A stretch of 64,000 bases of DNA, taken from assembly GCA_030681595.1 (NCBI GenBank), contig JAUXSB010000014.1, positions 23,942-87,941 of the forward strand, written 5' to 3'. Made by a program: the position numbers and the translations under genes. The notes beneath the pieces are model-generated. The model worked only from the letters and a program-made list of their open reading frames with translations. It was not told the DNA's origin and did not search any database. Each line of letters begins with the position of its first letter. The stretch's first letter is position 1. This document shows positions 62,453 to 64,000 of the stretch, one piece after another. Origin of the DNA: Candidatus Omnitrophota bacterium. Lineage in GTDB: Bacteria; Omnitrophota; Gorgyraeia; Ghiorseimicrobiales; Ghiorseimicrobiaceae.

Positions 62453-62893
62453 TTAAACTGCGTACACCAACCTTTGTTTAGCTGATTTCACCTTGCTGAC
62501 CAAATCTTCGAAAGTCACATTATCCACTATTTCTGTGGCACTTTCTGCCACATCCCTCCAGATCTTCCTGAAGACACATCTATATAAATCCTTGCAATTA
62601 GAATATCCGCTTCCAACACAAGCGATAGGCTCGATTGGGCCGTCAATATACCTAACCACCTCTCCTAGTTTTATGCGTGAAGGGTGCTTAGCTAACAGGT
62701 ATCCGCCAATTTTCCCGCGCCGGCTTTCCACAAAACCGCCTTTTTTTAACTCTAATAGTATCTGCTCTAAAAACTTAACCGGTATATCTAACCTTTTAGC
62801 CAAATCATGAATAGCAATAACGCCGTTACCGTAATGTATAGACAGATCCAATATTGTTTTTAAGGCGTAATCGCCTTTATAAGTGATTTTCAT
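62453..62893 (-). CDS. Rrf2-family transcriptional regulator (CymR/IscR-like)
   Basis: N-terminal wHTH typical of Rrf2 (YALKTILDLS...); heads the sulfur cluster. Confidence 0.85.
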   Translation of the reverse strand: MKITYKGDYALKTILDLSIHYGNGVIAIHDLAKRLDIPVKFLEQILLELKKGGFVESRRGKIGGYLLAKHPSRIKLGEVVRYIDGPIEPIACVGSGYSNCKDLYRCVFRKIWRDVAESATEIVDNVTFEDLVSKVKSAKQRLVYAV

Positions 62894-62924
62894 CGTATTC
62901 CTATAATCTCTATTAGATTAGTAT

Positions 62925-62952
62925 AGTATACAATAAAAAAATATTTTGTCAA
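62925..62952 (-). promoter_or_regulatory. Sigma-70-type promoter candidate for the Rrf2 gene (TTGACA, 16-nt spacer, TATACT)
   Basis: Minus strand reads cgcTTGACAaaatatttttttattgTATACT about 30 nt upstream of the Rrf2 start. Confidence 0.45.
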
Positions 62953-63250
62953 GCGAAAAATGCAAACTTGCCGCGCCCGACCCGCCTGACTTCATTCGGG
63001 CAGGCTGAATGTCGTTCGGGCGGGCGCTTATTTTTCGCGCGATGCCCCGCCACAAAGCCCGCCACTAAAACATCAGCGGGTTCGCCTAAGATTTGTGGCG
63101 AACGTTGGCGGGCAGGCGCAAATACTTTAAATGAAACCATAAGTTATGGAAGCCTAAAGGCGACATAACTTATTTGGTTGAATTTATCCCGATACTTGCA
63201 AGAAAATTTAGAATAAATTTTCGCGGTGTTTTAGTATCGGGGCGCGGCGC
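62940..63250. repeat. Composite intergenic repeat (GC-rich palindromic units plus two-hairpin module), second copy of the 30890..31250 element
   Basis: Long stretches identical to 30900..31190; module stem cccgatact/agtatcggg around palindrome aaaatttagaataaatttt. Confidence 0.7.
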
Positions 63251-63337
63251 AAGCCATTTTTAATATTTTTCAGAAGCGGTTTTTATTATTTGAAACGGTG
63301 GGTAAAGACAGAAAAACAGTTGCGAGTAAGCGCGGTT

Positions 63338-64000
63338 TTATTCTTTCACGTAAGACATGTAAACATCAATATCTATCAGCCCCTTATCACACAGGCTCTT
63401 TATGTCATCTTCCATTAAATGCATGCCATATTTTGCGCCGGTCTTAACAATAGAAGCAAGGCCGGAAAAATTCATAGAGCGAATCATATTCTTAACAGCA
63501 TCTGTGGCCACTAAAACTTCCGTGGCTACTATCCTGCCGTGGATCATTTTAGCGGGCAAGAGAATCTGGACTACCGCGCCCTCAAAACAACGGGAAAGCT
63601 GCTGCGCTATCAACCGCTGCTGATCCGCGGGAAAAACGCCAAGCATACGGTCAAATAACTGCGCTGTATCAGGAGCGTGCAGAGAAGATAAGACTAAATG
63701 GCCTGTCTCGGCAGCGATAATGGCAGTAGAAATCGTTTCCCGGTCTGACATTTCTCCGACAACGATAACATCGGGATCCTGGCGCAGGGCGCTTTGAAAA
63801 CCCGCGGCAAAAGAAGCCGTATCTATGCCAATTTCTCTCTGTTTTATTATACTTTTCTTATTTTGATGAATATACTCGATGGGTTTCTCTAACGAGATCA
63901 CCACCGCCTCGCGCGTGTTGTTTATCAAATCCACCATAGCTGATAAAGTTGTAGTTTTACCTGAACCGGTAGGGCCGCCGATAATCACAATCCCTTTCTT
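63338..64000 (-). CDS. pilT: PilT/PilU-family twitching-motility ATPase (C-terminal part; N-terminus beyond window end)
   Basis: Walker A GPTGSGKTTT; sequence continues past the window end on the minus strand. Confidence 0.8.
   Translation of the reverse strand, partial: KKGIVIIGGPTGSGKTTTLSAMVDLINNTREAVVISLEKPIEYIHQNKKSIIKQREIGIDTASFAAGFQSALRQDPDVIVVGEMSDRETISTAIIAAETGHLVLSSLHAPDTAQLFDRMLGVFPADQQRLIAQQLSRCFEGAVVQILLPAKMIHGRIVATEVLVATDAVKNMIRSMNFSGLASIVKTGAKYGMHLMEDDIKSLCDKGLIDIDVYMSYVKE

Overview
AT-rich bacterial chromosomal segment, almost entirely transcribed on the minus strand. All calls are by eye from the sequence and ORF track; no searches or computations were run, and coordinates of repeats and sites were hand-counted. 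Main blocks: (1) 1..12343: two paralogous TPR membrane proteins, a prepilin-like protein, rluD-like, lgt, lspA, a DksA/TraR-family protein, ileS, mtnP, proC, yggS. (2) 12856..30662: a near-complete dcw cell-wall/division cluster (mraZ-rsmH-ftsL-ftsI-murE-murF-mraY-murD-ftsW-murG-[HExxH protein]-murC-murB-ddl-ftsQ-ftsA) with no ftsZ; the expected ftsZ slot between ftsA and yggS holds a non-coding inverted-repeat-flanked GC-rich element. (3) 31249..41122: ribF, truB, nrnA, rbfA, DUF503, CCA-enzyme family, xerD, MBL hydrolase, ligA, metallophosphoesterase, acyP. (4) 41128..46280: tRNA-Pro(CGG) followed by what I read as a chromosomal integron: an IntI-type integrase, an attI core GTTAGGC, and three or four plus-strand cassettes separated by attC-like inverted repeats (a secreted protein, a possible HEPN-motif protein, an alpha/beta hydrolase plus membrane protein, a tiny Lys-rich ORF). 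(5) 46386..50541: a 1075-aa unknown protein and a PfkB kinase. (6) 50671..62893: a sulfur-assimilation supercluster built around sulfur-carrier proteins (Rrf2 regulator, APS/PAPS reductase, PiT permease, two CysK/M, JAMM protease, two ThiS/MoaD-like carriers with C-terminal extensions, ThiF/MoeB, sulfite reductase fused to a TusA-like domain, ThrC-like enzyme, NIL protein, Thi4, Nfu). Its three operons each begin directly behind the same two-hairpin leader module, whose stems differ between copies by compensatory changes. The genome also carries GC-rich palindromic elements and heptamer tandem arrays inserted in frame into genes (yggS, murE, the TPR paralog, a lipoprotein). The integron cassettes and the sulfur-carrier cluster with its repeated leader are the candidates I rank highest for novelty.
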